Origin: Sminthopsis crassicaudata
Lineage: Eukaryota
Direction: 5' to 3'
Length of the DNA stretch: 64,000 bases
Assembly (NCBI RefSeq): GCF_048593235.1
Contig: NC_133619.1
Coordinates: 637,152,558 to 637,216,557 of the forward strand
Shown here one piece after another: positions 13,659 to 25,547 of this stretch. Numbering within the stretch: the stretch's first letter is position 1; the number at the start of each line of letters is the position of its first letter. A program made the position numbers and the translations under genes. The notes under the pieces are model-generated. The model had not been told where the DNA came from. It saw nothing but the letters and a program-made list of their open reading frames with translations, and ran no database searches.

Positions 13659-15146
13659 TCAGCTGGGGTGGAAAGGGACAAAATTAGGAGGCAGCCACTT
13701 AAAGCTGGGTCACCCAGTCTCCCGTCCAATCTCCCCTCCCAGGAATCTAGCTGTCAGCACTTGCCTGCTCACGCCACCTGCCAGTGCCCCACAGAGTAAT
13801 TATTGACTTTGCTTTGGGAGGGGTATTAAGCTCCAGTTATTGCATTTGCCATCATGTATCTCTGGGGGAGACCAACCTCTGGCTTCTAACAGGCAATCTC
13901 TCCTTGTCTCCCACAGCCTTCCCAATCCCATCTGACAGTGCAGACATGACAGTGTCATGTTCCACTTCAAGAAATAAGAGTAAAGAAGGCTTTGCATGGG
14001 TCAGTGTTGAAAACTTACCCATGCATATGTTTTGTAAATAAAAGGCTTTAATAAAAATTAAAAAAAAAATAAAAACAAAGGAAATAAGAGTAGAGAACCA
14101 GGCCCCATTATGGAGAAGTGGGTCACTTTCTTAGGGTTGGATATGTGTTATGTAAAGTCAGAAATTCTGCAAGCAGCCTCTGGTTTTCTCCTGCAGATCC
14201 TACTTTGTTCCTTGGCTTCAGGCAGATCTGTAACTACAAGAGGGAGACCTGGGCTTTGCCCCCAAAATGTTTGGGGCACTGACAGCACTTGTAAATCTTC
14301 ACTATTCTAGAAACAAGACAATTTAATTTCTGATGAATAAGAATTGGCAGGCTGAGCTGAACTGCTCTCCTCTCCTACTCTGTTCTAACTTCTCCCTTAC
14401 TTTGGGGGAATGGTTTGTGCTACTTGCTCCAGATCTCCAGATTCCTAGTTCAGGTTCTGGCTCTAGAACATCCAGTTCTCCTGGCCCATCTCTCCACCTT
14501 ACATCCTACTCTCTTTACAGAAAACAGGTTTTCTTTCTCAGATCCCATTTGTGTCTTAGCTTATCTCTGTATTTGTGTGTTTAAGAGAAGCTGGTGACTG
14601 TGAGTGAGAAGGAGCAAAGGAGGTAGGAAAGGGTGAGTTAGCTAATCTAAATGTTCTCACTCTTGGGTTTGCCCTGTGACTTTTCATCAAAGAGGACACA
14701 CAAGCCGTATCTGAGATAGGAAAGTTTTTATTACTACCTCTACTTCTAATTAAGAACCACTTTCGGCTTTTTGGTGTCCCAACTAGTTGCTCAGTCCAAT
14801 ATCACCTTTGATCTCCCCCTGATCACCAGTTACTTCTGCAGGTCTGGTCCCTACTTCCACAGACTTTCCCCCTACACTCTCCCCCATCTCCATGCCTCAT
14901 CCCCATATCCCATCTTTAGCAGTGTCCCCCGACACGACCACACCTTCAGCTATAATTCCAGCATCCCATTTCCAAGAGCACAAGTCATAGGAACCCGATT
15001 GCCTTGCCTTATTGTCAGATGATGGCTTCTGGAGTCCGCCTCAAGTGGGAGCCTTCGGTCTTCTAGGTCAAGACACAGAATTTCAGTGCTGCTACCATCA
15101 ATTTCATGCAGGAAGGAAAAAAGCAGGAAACCCAGCTGGCTGAGGC

Positions 15147-15153
15147 TTTTTAT
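15147..15153 (-). promoter_or_regulatory. Candidate TATA box (TATAAAA) about 1.5 kb upstream of the FFAR2 ATG
   Basis: ttttata on +, flanked by GGAA motifs and a CAGCTG E-box. The FFAR2 ATG is preceded by a splice acceptor, so an upstream non-coding exon is needed. Motif evidence only. Confidence 0.3.
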
Positions 15154-15517
15154 ACCACGACTAATCACATGGTCCGAGAGAGGAAGGTCAGTAGTTGAGC
15201 TATCTCCTCTAAAAACCCAAACCATGTTCTCCTACTTCTAGCCTCAATTCTCACAACAATCCTGTGAGGTGGAAGTTATCCTCATTTTACAGATGATAAG
15301 ACCGAGGTTAACAAAGGCTAAATGATTTGTACAGGGTCACACAGCTAGTAAGTGTCTAAGAAAGAATTTGAACTCTCTGATGCTGATGGAATGATAGCTC
15401 CTTCAAGTGTTTGCCATTGGGAAAAAATTCTCAAAGTTTCTGGAAACAAATGCTCCTCTTCTCTCTCGGAACATTTTCTTAAGATGTCCTATATGCATGT
15501 TGTATTATCCTCTTAGA

Positions 15518-16750
15518 AATGTAGTTCTCAAGGAAAGAGTTGTGGAAAGGGGAAGAATTTATCACCAAAGAAGAATTAGAGGACAATATGAAATGCAAAA
15601 TGGATACTTTTGATTACATTAAATTTTAAATCTTTTGCATCAACAAAACCAATGCAACCAAGATTAGAAAGAAAGCAGAAAGAACGAAAATAATTGTTAC
15701 AGCCAATATTTTGATAAAGACCTCATTTCTCAGATACATAGAGAACTGACTCAAATTTATAAGAATACAAATCATTCCCCAATTGATAAATGGTCAAAAT
15801 TTATGTACAGACAGTTTTCCGATGAAAAAATTAAAGCCACCTAGAGTCATATTTTTAAAATGTTTTAAATCACTGTTGTTTAGAGAGATGCAAATTTTAA
15901 AAAACTCTGAAGTCCCACCTCAAACCTATCAAATTGACTAAATGACAGAAGAGGAAAATGATAAATGTTGGAGAAGATGTAGAAAAACTGGGGCGCTAAT
16001 GCCTTGTTGGCCCAGTTGTGAACTGATTTAACTATTCTGGAGAGTAATTTGGAACTATGCCCAAAAGCCAATCAAACTGAGCACACTCTTTGATCCAGCA
16101 ATACCACTATTAGAGATCCTAAAAAAGGGAGAAAGGGCCTACATGTACAAAAATAGCAGCTCTTTTTGTGGTGGCAAAGAATTGAAAATTGAGAAGATGC
16201 CCACCAACTGAGAAATGGATGAACAAGTGGCGGCATATGAATATAATGGAATACTATTATGCAATGAGCAGATGGATTTCAGAAAAACCTGGAAAGACTT
16301 ACGTGAAATGATACTGAATGAAGTGAGCAGAACTAGGAAACTATTGTACACAGTAATAGCATCATTTCACAATAATCAGCTATGATTAGCTCTTCAAAGC
16401 AATACCATGATCCAAGAGACTCATGATGAAAAATACTATCCACATCCAGAGAAGGAACTATGGTGCCTGAATTCCTTATTGAGGCATATTAATTTTGCTT
16501 TTGTTGTTTTGGGGAGTTTTTTGGTGGCTTTTCCCTTTTGTTATGTTTCTTCTTTCACAACATGACCAATGTGGAAATATGTTCCCTTTATTGCACATGT
16601 ATAACCTATAGCTAATTGCTTGTTATCTTGTGAAAGGGGGATGGGAAGAAGGGAGGGAGAAAAAATGTGAAACTCAAAATCATATGAAAAATGAATATTG
16701 AATATTACCTTTATATGTAATTAGAAAAAGTAATATGTAAATTAAAAAAG
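15518..16750 (+). mobile_element. Older L1 3' fragment (ORF2 C-terminus plus 3'UTR)
   Basis: Decayed REMQI...CWRRC...WNYAQK...FDPAIPLL motifs. Boundaries approximate. Confidence 0.85.
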
Positions 16751-17483
16751 AAGAAATTAGAGTTGAAGTTGAAACTTTAAGGAAACCAGGAAAACTATGA
16801 AGTAGAGTTAAAGAGAAGAACACATTTCAGGCACAGAGGACAGGCAATAAAAATGCTACTTGAGAAACAAAAAGGAGGCTAATATTGCTGAACCTTAAGG
16901 TAAATTAAGGGAATTAAGTTATAAGAAAGATAAAGGGAAAAGTTAATGAAGGATTTTAAAAATCAAATGTAGAAATTAATATTTGATCCAGGAGGTAATA
17001 GAGTATCAATGGAACTTATTGAACAGAGAGTGACATAGTCAAACTCATGATAGCAAGATCACTCTGGAGCTGAGTGTAAGCTTTACTGAAGTGGAGAGAT
17101 TCTTGAGGCAGAGAGAACTACCAGAAGACCATTGCACTAGTCCAGGGAATGAGCTGAGTTAATGAAAATCTAGAGCAAATGTACTCATTCATCCCCTCTT
17201 CAGGAGACATTAACAACGCCTCAACAAAACATCAAATGTACTTTGAGTGGGGATGTTCATATCTTTGAGCAGAAGGTATCCTCAACGGCAGAACAAAACT
17301 CTTATACCTTCTCCCCATTCTGGATTTTCTGTAGTGTATATTCTCACTATCTATGCAGATTACAACTTCTTGTGGCTTAATAAACAATCTTTGAGAATCT
17401 TGAAAAAAAAGAAATGTAGCTTTTCCCCCTCTCCCTTCCCCACTTTCCTGCCCTGAGGTTTTATCTTCCTTAGTTACAATGTA

Positions 17484-18290
17484 CTCCTACATACCCATCT
17501 GTACACTTCTCATTATGACTTCCTTTCCCAGATTTGTAGGAGCAGCTTATTCCTAATAACCCTAAAAGGTCTTGAAAGTTATGGAATCATAGATTTTTAG
17601 CACTCAACTTTGGAGGTCATCTAAGATTCCATGAAACAGATAGAATAATCCGTGGCCCAAGGAGTCTCAGACTCTGGTCTTGCATGGCCTGGTGTTAGGT
17701 TCTTCCTAAGTACTGAGATAGTGAGATATTGGGTTTTTACTAAGTGCTAAGTCGGTACTTAACAATTTTCTAGTTCCAGCCTGCCTGGCGTCAAGACTTT
17801 ATCCCAGAGTCCATTCTCTCAGACCCAATGCTGCCCTTCTTTTATCCTCCCAGAGAATGGGCGTGGGATAACGCAAGGGCTTCTGGGAAACATTACTTCA
17901 ACCAATGAGCTTGTTCCTCCTAGAATTCCTAAGGTCTAAACTCCCTTTAAAGTCCCGAACCAAAGGTCTGAGCCAGAGAACTGCCAAGTCAACCTGAATT
18001 CTCACTTTGTCACTGTCCAGACAACCTGAGTTCTCACCTGGTAATCCTAACAGCCTGGGTTTGATCTCAATGGCTGACCCAAAACTTTATTCTATGTTTT
18101 TTTTTCTCATTATGCTCCCCACAGAGCATTTACTTTGAGATATCTCTGACTAGTTCATGTCTTTAGTTTTCCAAATGTGAATAACAGGGTTTCCAGCTTC
18201 TGAATAAGCATTCAAGGTAACAAATGCATAGCAAGTAGAGGACAACTTTTATTTTACTCTACCAGAAAACAAAATGGACAAGTTGCAAAA
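17484..18290 (+). repeat. Old local duplication, copy 1 (contains solo LTR); pairs with 19236-19640
   Basis: 17484-17686 plus 18059-18290 align with 19236-19640 at roughly 80-85% identity by eye. Confidence 0.8.
17693..18052. mobile_element. Solo LTR, 360 bp
   Basis: Inverted termini TGTTAGG...CCTAACA and a perfect 6-bp TSD gcctgg (17687-17692 and 18053-18058). Absent from the paralogous copy near 19425. Confidence 0.9.
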
Positions 18291-19235
18291 AGTTTACAGA
18301 AATCTTTAAACAGATACAAAGAAAATATATGGAACACTTAGTATTCATAAGCAATAAATGCAATTATCTTTCTTTTGTGGTAGGTCTCAACCAGGGCCCT
18401 AGAAACCTTCAAAGTATTGATATCAAAAATGGAATTGAGCTTGAGGTTGCCAGTGGGACAGCAGCCACAGGGTCCTACAAAGTTTCTCCCAGACTCGTAG
18501 CGCCACCCTGTGGTTTCAACTTCCCCAGAAGGCAAACCTATTTGGGGACTGTTGGACAGGCAAGCCTGTGTTGTCTAAATAACTAATAATGCAAAATAAA
18601 GTAGGTCTTCTGCTCCACAGGTTATAGATTTAGCCTCTTATTAATCCATCAGCTATGAAGCCGGTGGACAATCTTCTTGTTCTAAGAGGCATTCTGTTTA
18701 GGAGCAAACATATCTTTCTCTAAAAGACTAGATTCCCGAAGTCTTCAACTTGGGACTACTCAGGAGACAATCCCCCAGGTTGATGGTGCCCAAGAAATCT
18801 CCCTTTTATGACTAAAAGACCAGATGATGAGACCATCATGATTAAGAAATTAAAATCCCACTTCCTCCATAGAAAAGAAGGGTGTCCATGAATACTCTAA
18901 AGGCTATGTGATGATTAAATGCTTCTGCTGCAGGGCAGTCACTTATGGGTGCTAGGGTGAGGGTAATGGACAGTGTCCCCCTTTCCCTGGACATAGGTCC
19001 ACTTTTGGCTCTCCTGCCATTTCAGAAGCTTGAAGATAAGGAGAAAAGGACCCCCAAAGGGCCGATCAGTTCTGTCGACTCACTTGTGTATTAGCCAAAT
19101 CAACAAATATTTGTTAATATTTAACACAGTGTCTGGCATATGTTACTGAATTAATGAAATTATATGTACTATATACATAAGTATCTATGAACTAGTCAGT
19201 GGGACAAATACAAAGGAAACACAAAGTTATGATCT

Positions 19236-19640
19236 AATCCTATAGACTCATCTATATACTCTTCATTATGACTTCCTTTCCAAGATTTGTAGGAGCTACT
19301 TATTCCTAACCACACTAAAAGTTTTTGAAAGTTATGGAATCAGATTTTTAGCATTCAACTTTGGAGGTCATCTAAGACTCCATGGAACAGATAAGACAAT
19401 CCGTGGCCCAAGGAGTCCCAGATTCGGTTTCATCTCAGTGACTGAACCAAAACTTTATTCTCTTTATTCATTATGCCCCCCACATAGCTTTTATCCTGAG
19501 AACTCCCTGACTATAGCTCATGTCTTTAGTTTTCTAAATGTGGATAACAGGGTTTCCAGCTTCTGTATAAGCACTCAAGGTAACAGATGTATAGCAGGTA
19601 GAGGACAATCTTCATTTTACTCCACCAAAAAAAAATGCAG
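19236..19640 (+). repeat. Old local duplication, copy 2 (LTR-free)
   Basis: Aligns to the two flanks of the LTR at 17693-18052. Confidence 0.8.
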
Positions 19641-21411
19641 AATTTGCAGAATGAAAATATAATAAAAAGGAAAAATGTCCCTGCCCTCAAAAAGTTTACA
19701 TTTAACTGAAGGAACAGAATACACACATATATAAGTAAATACAAGATACAGTCCAGGTAATTTATTTTTTTTGGGGGGAGAACATTAGCAGCTGGGGGGG
19801 AGAGGGATGGAGGTGGGAACAGTTCAGGTCTTGAATTGATCTTGGAAAAAGATGAGGGATCCTAAGAGGTAGAAGCAAGGAGGGAGAGTATTGCAAGTTG
19901 GGGGACAGCAGGTCCAAAGACTGGGAGGTAGGAAATGTATGACAATGTTTAAGATTATTAACATATGTTTACATAATGTTAACATAACATGTTTAACAAT
20001 CAACTTTTCATAAATTCATGATGCTAGCCCTCCAAAAAGTTTAATCTACATTATTAAGTCTAGACAATCATCAAAGTCATAAATCAAGCCACAATTTGTG
20101 GCATTTGCTGATTACTGAGGAGTAAATGTGTACGTTGAAAAACGAAGTCCATTTTTTTGAGCCAATACAAGGCAACCTAGTATAGCCTTAACATGGAAGG
20201 AATGCAAGAAGGGAGGTTTAGTTGGATCATAGCATCGATGGAGAAACTAATATACAATGAGATTCAAAAGCTGAGTTAGAGGCAAGATTGTGCAGGGTTT
20301 AAAATGTTATTGAATTAATGAAATTGTATGTACTATACGCATACATATCTCTATGTGCTAAACAGAAGAGTTTGTATTTGACCCTAGAGGCCATTGAGAG
20401 TCACTGAAGCTTATTTAATAGAGAAATGCTGTAGGAATACTATTTTGGTAGCCAGCCCATTCATTTTGGGGGCAGACACAGTCACTAAAGCCATCCTCCA
20501 GAAGGTGCTGAAGGATCATTCCAAAATAACCAATTCTCCTTAGGGTGGTCCCAGTCATTGTGACTCATTCAGGAGTCTTGTTCTCACCAAGGTGCCGACG
20601 TCCCGTGTGGGGAGAAGCATGACCACCAAAGAGTCTAAGCAAACATACTTCCTATCCAATAACTCATCAGGGAATGGCCGGTAACTCCATAGTAATCATG
20701 AGAATTGTGATAATCAAGGATACCGAGCCCTTTCTAGATTGCAAAGCATTTTATATATCTCAAAGGATATTCAGTTGGTCATTTCATTCACTGAAAGAGA
20801 TTGAAGCCCATCCATGACTCTTCATCTTGGGCTGGTTTGGGTCCATGGCCTTCTCCAAAACCATCCCTCTTTTCCCTCAAACCATAGACGGGCCAATGGA
20901 ATATTCTAGTTAAGAAAGGTTAGGCAGGATCGGTGGGAGGCTTGAATGGCTGTGCCCAGTACTCTGTACCAGTGCATCAGATCCACGGGGCTTTCTGAGA
21001 TGGAAGGATGTTATTTTCTAGCCCTTCATTCTCTCCAGCTCCCGTCCTTGGGGGACAGCTTGCTCGCATGAAGAGAAGGTTCTGGAGTCCCACCTCCCCA
21101 TTCTGCTGTTCACTGTCATCTAGCGTACATTGCTTAGCTTCCATACCTAAGTAGTGAAGCACTTGGACCAGCTTTACCTCTGGGGTACTTTCCAATTTGA
21201 AACCTATAATGCCTTCTCCCCCCAGTACTGAAACCCTGTGGATAAATGGGAATCTATTCCCTCATCACAAGCACTTCTTAAGAATGGAGCCATACTTAGG
21301 CCTGGGAATGAAAGAAGAGACCATTTTTTTGTCACGTTCCATCCAATTTATAGAAAAAGTCAGTTTTTAGATCTTTCCATAAATGTCAATGAGGATCAAG
21401 ATTTAACTGGA

Positions 21412-22174
21412 TATCAAACTGTGCATACCCTTTGACCCAACAATGTTACTACTGGGCTTATATCTCAAAGAGATTTTAAAGAAAGGAAAAGGACCTGAAT
21501 GTGCAAGAATGTTTGTGGCAGTTCTTTTTTGTGGTGGCCAGAAACTGGAAACTGAGTGGATGCCCAGCAATTGGAGAATGCCTGAATAAATTGTGGTATA
21601 TGAATATTATGGAATATTATTGTTCTGAAAAAAATGACCAGCAGGATGATTTCAGAAAGGCCTGGAGAGACTTACATGAACGGATGCTGAGAGAATTGAG
21701 CAGGACCAGGAAATCATTATCTACTTCAACAACAATTCTACATGATGATCAATTCTGATGGACAAGGCCCTCTCCAACAATGAGATGAACCAAATCAGTT
21801 CCAATAAAGCCGTAATGAACTGAACCAGCTACACCCAGCCAAAGAACTCTGGGAGTTGACTATGAACCACTACATAGAATTCCCAATCCCTCTATTTTTG
21901 TCTGCCTGCCTGCCATTTTGGATTTCCTTTACAGGTTAATTTTATACCATTTCAAAGTCTGATTCTTCTTGTACAGCAAAATAACTGTTGGACATGTATA
22001 GCAATATTGTATCTAACTTATACTTTAACATATTTAACATGCATTGGTCAACCTGTCATCTGGGGAGAAGGAGGGGAAAAGTTGGAACAAAAGGTTTTGT
22101 AATTGTCAATGCTGAAAAATTACCTATGCATAAAATTTTTGTAAAAATTAATTAATTACTTAATTAATTTAAAA
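21412..22174 (+). mobile_element. 5'-truncated L1
   Basis: ORF2 end (CPAIGECLNKLWYMNIMEYY) plus 3'UTR and A-rich tail; 14-bp TSD aagatttaactgga at 21398-21411 and 22175-22188. Confidence 0.9.
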
Positions 22175-24384
22175 AAGATTTAACTGGACTATTTACCATG
22201 ACTATAGTGATCAGTGAGGATTAGAAATCTGGTCTCCTACTACCATACTTTCTCCCTGATTCATTTCTTCCTCTACATTTGTTGCCTCAGCAGCCTCACT
22301 TTTTCTGGGTCTCAGAAACAAGACCCTTAATTGTGTAAGTCTTCCACCTATTCCTCAAGGCTCAGTCTAATCTGAGATCATTTAAAATATCAAAGGAAGA
22401 GTTTAGGCCAGCACTGAGAAATCTGAGCAATGAGGCCTGAGATCTCTGTTCTTCTGGGTCCATCATTCTTTCCATTGGTCCATTTTGCTACCTGCCATAT
22501 GTGTTGCTTTAGAAGTCAGAGCCAATGAAGGCATGGCCTTGTTTCAGGCAAAGACAAATGGAAGTCAACAGCAGCCTCAAAGTCTGTATAGATTTATTAG
22601 CAAAAGGTTCTCCAATAGGAAACTGAGCAGAAGGCATAAGGTGGGGTCAGGAAAAGCTTTTGGGGGAGATCAGTGAAGAAAGACAAGACATAGGGAAGCA
22701 ATGGTTTGGGAGGTCATCCTGTCTGAGGAGAAAAGGATGGAGTCAGGAATCTCCCCTTATCTCAGACCCTTGTGCCCCTTACACTTCTTGTTGTGCAAAT
22801 TGTTTTCATTTGTGTTCAACTCTTTGTGACCTCATTTAGAGTTTTCTTGGCAAAGATACTGGAAGGGTTTACCATTAATTAAGACAAACAAGGTTAAGTG
22901 ACTTGGAAGGGGCATCACAGCTAGTAAGGCTGAATTTGGAAAGATGAGTCTTATTGATTCCAAGATTAGCACTCTGCACTATGGACCACTTAGTTGCCCA
23001 TTCAACTCTGTAACCCTGTGGACATTGTTGTTGTTGTTGTGGGGTTTTTTTTTTTTTTGTTTGTTTGTTTGTTTTTTGTTTTGTTTTTTTCCTGCAAAGA
23101 GGCTGGAGTTCTTGCCATTTCATTCTCCAGGGTGTTCCCATTTCACAGATGAGGCAAATAGGTGATTTGTCTAGGGTCACTCATCTAGTGTCTAACGCCT
23201 CATTTGGATCCAGATCTTCCTAATTCCAGGCCCAAAGCTCTATCCATGGTACCACCAAGTTGCCCCCTGGACCTGAGGTGGCTAGTTTTCTATGTCAAAA
23301 TCACTGAGGACAATGATTGGCTATGCTTTTAGTTAAATACTAAGCTCTAGCTACTAGCTGCCCCACTGTGTACCTCTGGCAAAACTACGTCTCGGGTTCC
23401 CCAGAGAATACTTCCTCTACCCCCCATATCCTTCCCTCTTCTTCTAGAGAGTGACAGGAAATGACTCTTGTAATATTTCTTAACTTCAAAAATTTCCCTC
23501 CAAGAACTCTAGAGGGGAAGAAAGAAAAAAAAAAATGACCTGTGTGATCTGGAATCTATGTGTTCAGTTCAGACTTTTTAAACTTTGCTTCATTTGCAAG
23601 ACCTGACGTTTCCTCCTCCCCTTCTTTCCAATCACCTGACTAACACAGAACATGAAAGTGAGTTGTTGGTTATGCTTGAGGGAAAAGAGAGAGAACCATC
23701 AATGTTCTAACTGCCTCATCCCTCTTAAGCCTCCTCTCTTCCCTTCCTCCACATAAATACCAATTTGCTTCAGCATTTAGTAGTTAAGAGATAGGATCAA
23801 TGGTCGCTGATGACATTTCTCTTCTCGATATGAAATTTTCCAATTTATTTGGTATTTCAGTCCCAACATATTTCAGTCCCAACCACCTACTCCAATGAAG
23901 AGGCGGTTCCTGCCAAGCAATGCTAAGGCTCTCGTTCAGTTTTCTCTGGGATTATCCCCTCTCTCTTTCTTACCTCCAGTCTCTTTTTATCTGCCACCTG
24001 CTCCTCTGATGCCTGCAATCTTGCCCAGATATCTCACATGCTTAAAAATGAGCTTTACTTGATTACAATGTCTCCTCAAGTTATGGTTCCATCTCTCTCC
24101 TATTCACAGCCAAAACCCGAGAAAAAACTGCCTACGTGACTCACCTCCCCCTTCCTTGCTCTTCCCCATCTCACAATCTGACTTCCTCCCCCATCACTCT
24201 GCAGAAACATCTTTCAAGGTTTCCAAAGCTGCCTTTTCTTTCTCATACCAAGCACGCAGTAGGCACTTGATAAATCCTCATTAAATTGAATTGAGATTCA
24301 TTGATATTCTTTTAGCCCAATGTTTGCAAAAATGTTGTCAGACACCTTCAAAAACTATGAAAATAGCACCGAGGTCAGCTACCG

Positions 24385-25235
24385 CAGAGATACGTAAATT
24401 ATTTAACTTGAAAAGCTCCAAGCCAAGACTAAAGTGGAAGGAGAGTTGGTGTATGGCTTTTTTTGTTCAAAGATGACTGTGTGCTTAAGTCGGCCTCTGA
24501 AGCTGAGACACAACAAAATATGGATCAATTTTCTGTAGTTTGTACTAATTTGGGCCTAACAGTTAACTCCAAGAAAACACATGCTTCATCAGCCAGCACC
24601 ACATCATCCAGATGTGGAGCCATCAGTTACAGCAAATGGAGAAGTTTTGGATGCTGTGGAGAAGTTCACTTACTTCGGCTGTCTACTTTCCAGGAATGTA
24701 CATATAGATGATGAGGTTGACACACGCATTACACATTAGCGCAGTGTTTCAGAGGTTTCGAAGGACAGCATGAGAAGGGAGAGGTACTGACTATCAAATT
24801 GAAGGTCTACAGAGCCATTGTGCTGACCTCATTGTTATCTTCCTGTGAAACCTGGACAGTGTGCCAGCACCGTGCCAGGAAACGGAATCACTTCCATTTG
24901 AATTGTCCTGATAAGGATAAGAGAGCAGACATTGACGCCCTTTCTTAAACTAAACTGCCAAGAGTTCCAACTCTACTGCAGAAACTGGCCATATTGTTTG
25001 AATGCCAAATGTACATTTGCCTAAAAAATTATTTGACAGAGAACTCACTCATACAAGGCAAGCACTCACATGAAGGCAGAAAGAAGGAAATGAGAACATT
25101 CTCAAGGTCTCTTTCATGAACTTTGGAATCAGTTGGGAGACATGGTTGATGTTGACACAGGACCAGCATGATGTGCCCCCATCTAAGAAGGTGCTGTGCT
25201 CTGTGAGCAAAGCAGAATTGCAGTAGCTCAAAAGA
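24385..25235 (+). mobile_element. RTE LINE reverse transcriptase fragment
   Basis: Decayed LFKDDCVL...EAETQQNMDQFSVVCTNLGLTVNSKKT, matching the RTE-clade FADD region. Boundaries approximate. Confidence 0.8.
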
Positions 25236-25245
25236 AAAATTAGTT

Positions 25246-25346
25246 TTGTGGAGAGCACTGGCCCTGAATTCAGGAGGATCTGAGTTCAGTCTGGCTTCAG
25301 ACACTTAACACTTTCTAGCTGTGTGACCCTAAGCAAGTGACTTAAC
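25246..25346 (+). mobile_element. WSINE1-like SINE, abuts gap at left edge of FFAR3 duplication
   Basis: ggagagcactggccctgaattcaggagg...gtgtgaccctaagcaagtgacttaac. Confidence 0.8.
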
Positions 25347-25547
25347 NNNNNNNNNNNNNNNNNNNNNNNNNNNNNNNNNNNNNNNNNNNNNNNNNNNNNN
25401 NNNNNNNNNNNNNNNNNNNNNNNNNNNNNNNNNNNNNNNNNNNNNNNNNNNNNNNNNNNNNNNNNNNNNNNNNNNNNNNNNNNNNNNNNNNNNNNNNNNN
25501 NNNNNNNNNNNNNNNNNNNNNNNNNNNNNNNNNNNNNNNNNNNNNNN
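25347..25547. other. Assembly gap
   Basis: N run. Confidence 1.

Noticed and set aside
20088-20102. Perfect short palindrome gccacaa-t-ttgtggc
   Set aside because: A 7-bp stem in a probable old DNA-transposon remnant, within chance expectation.
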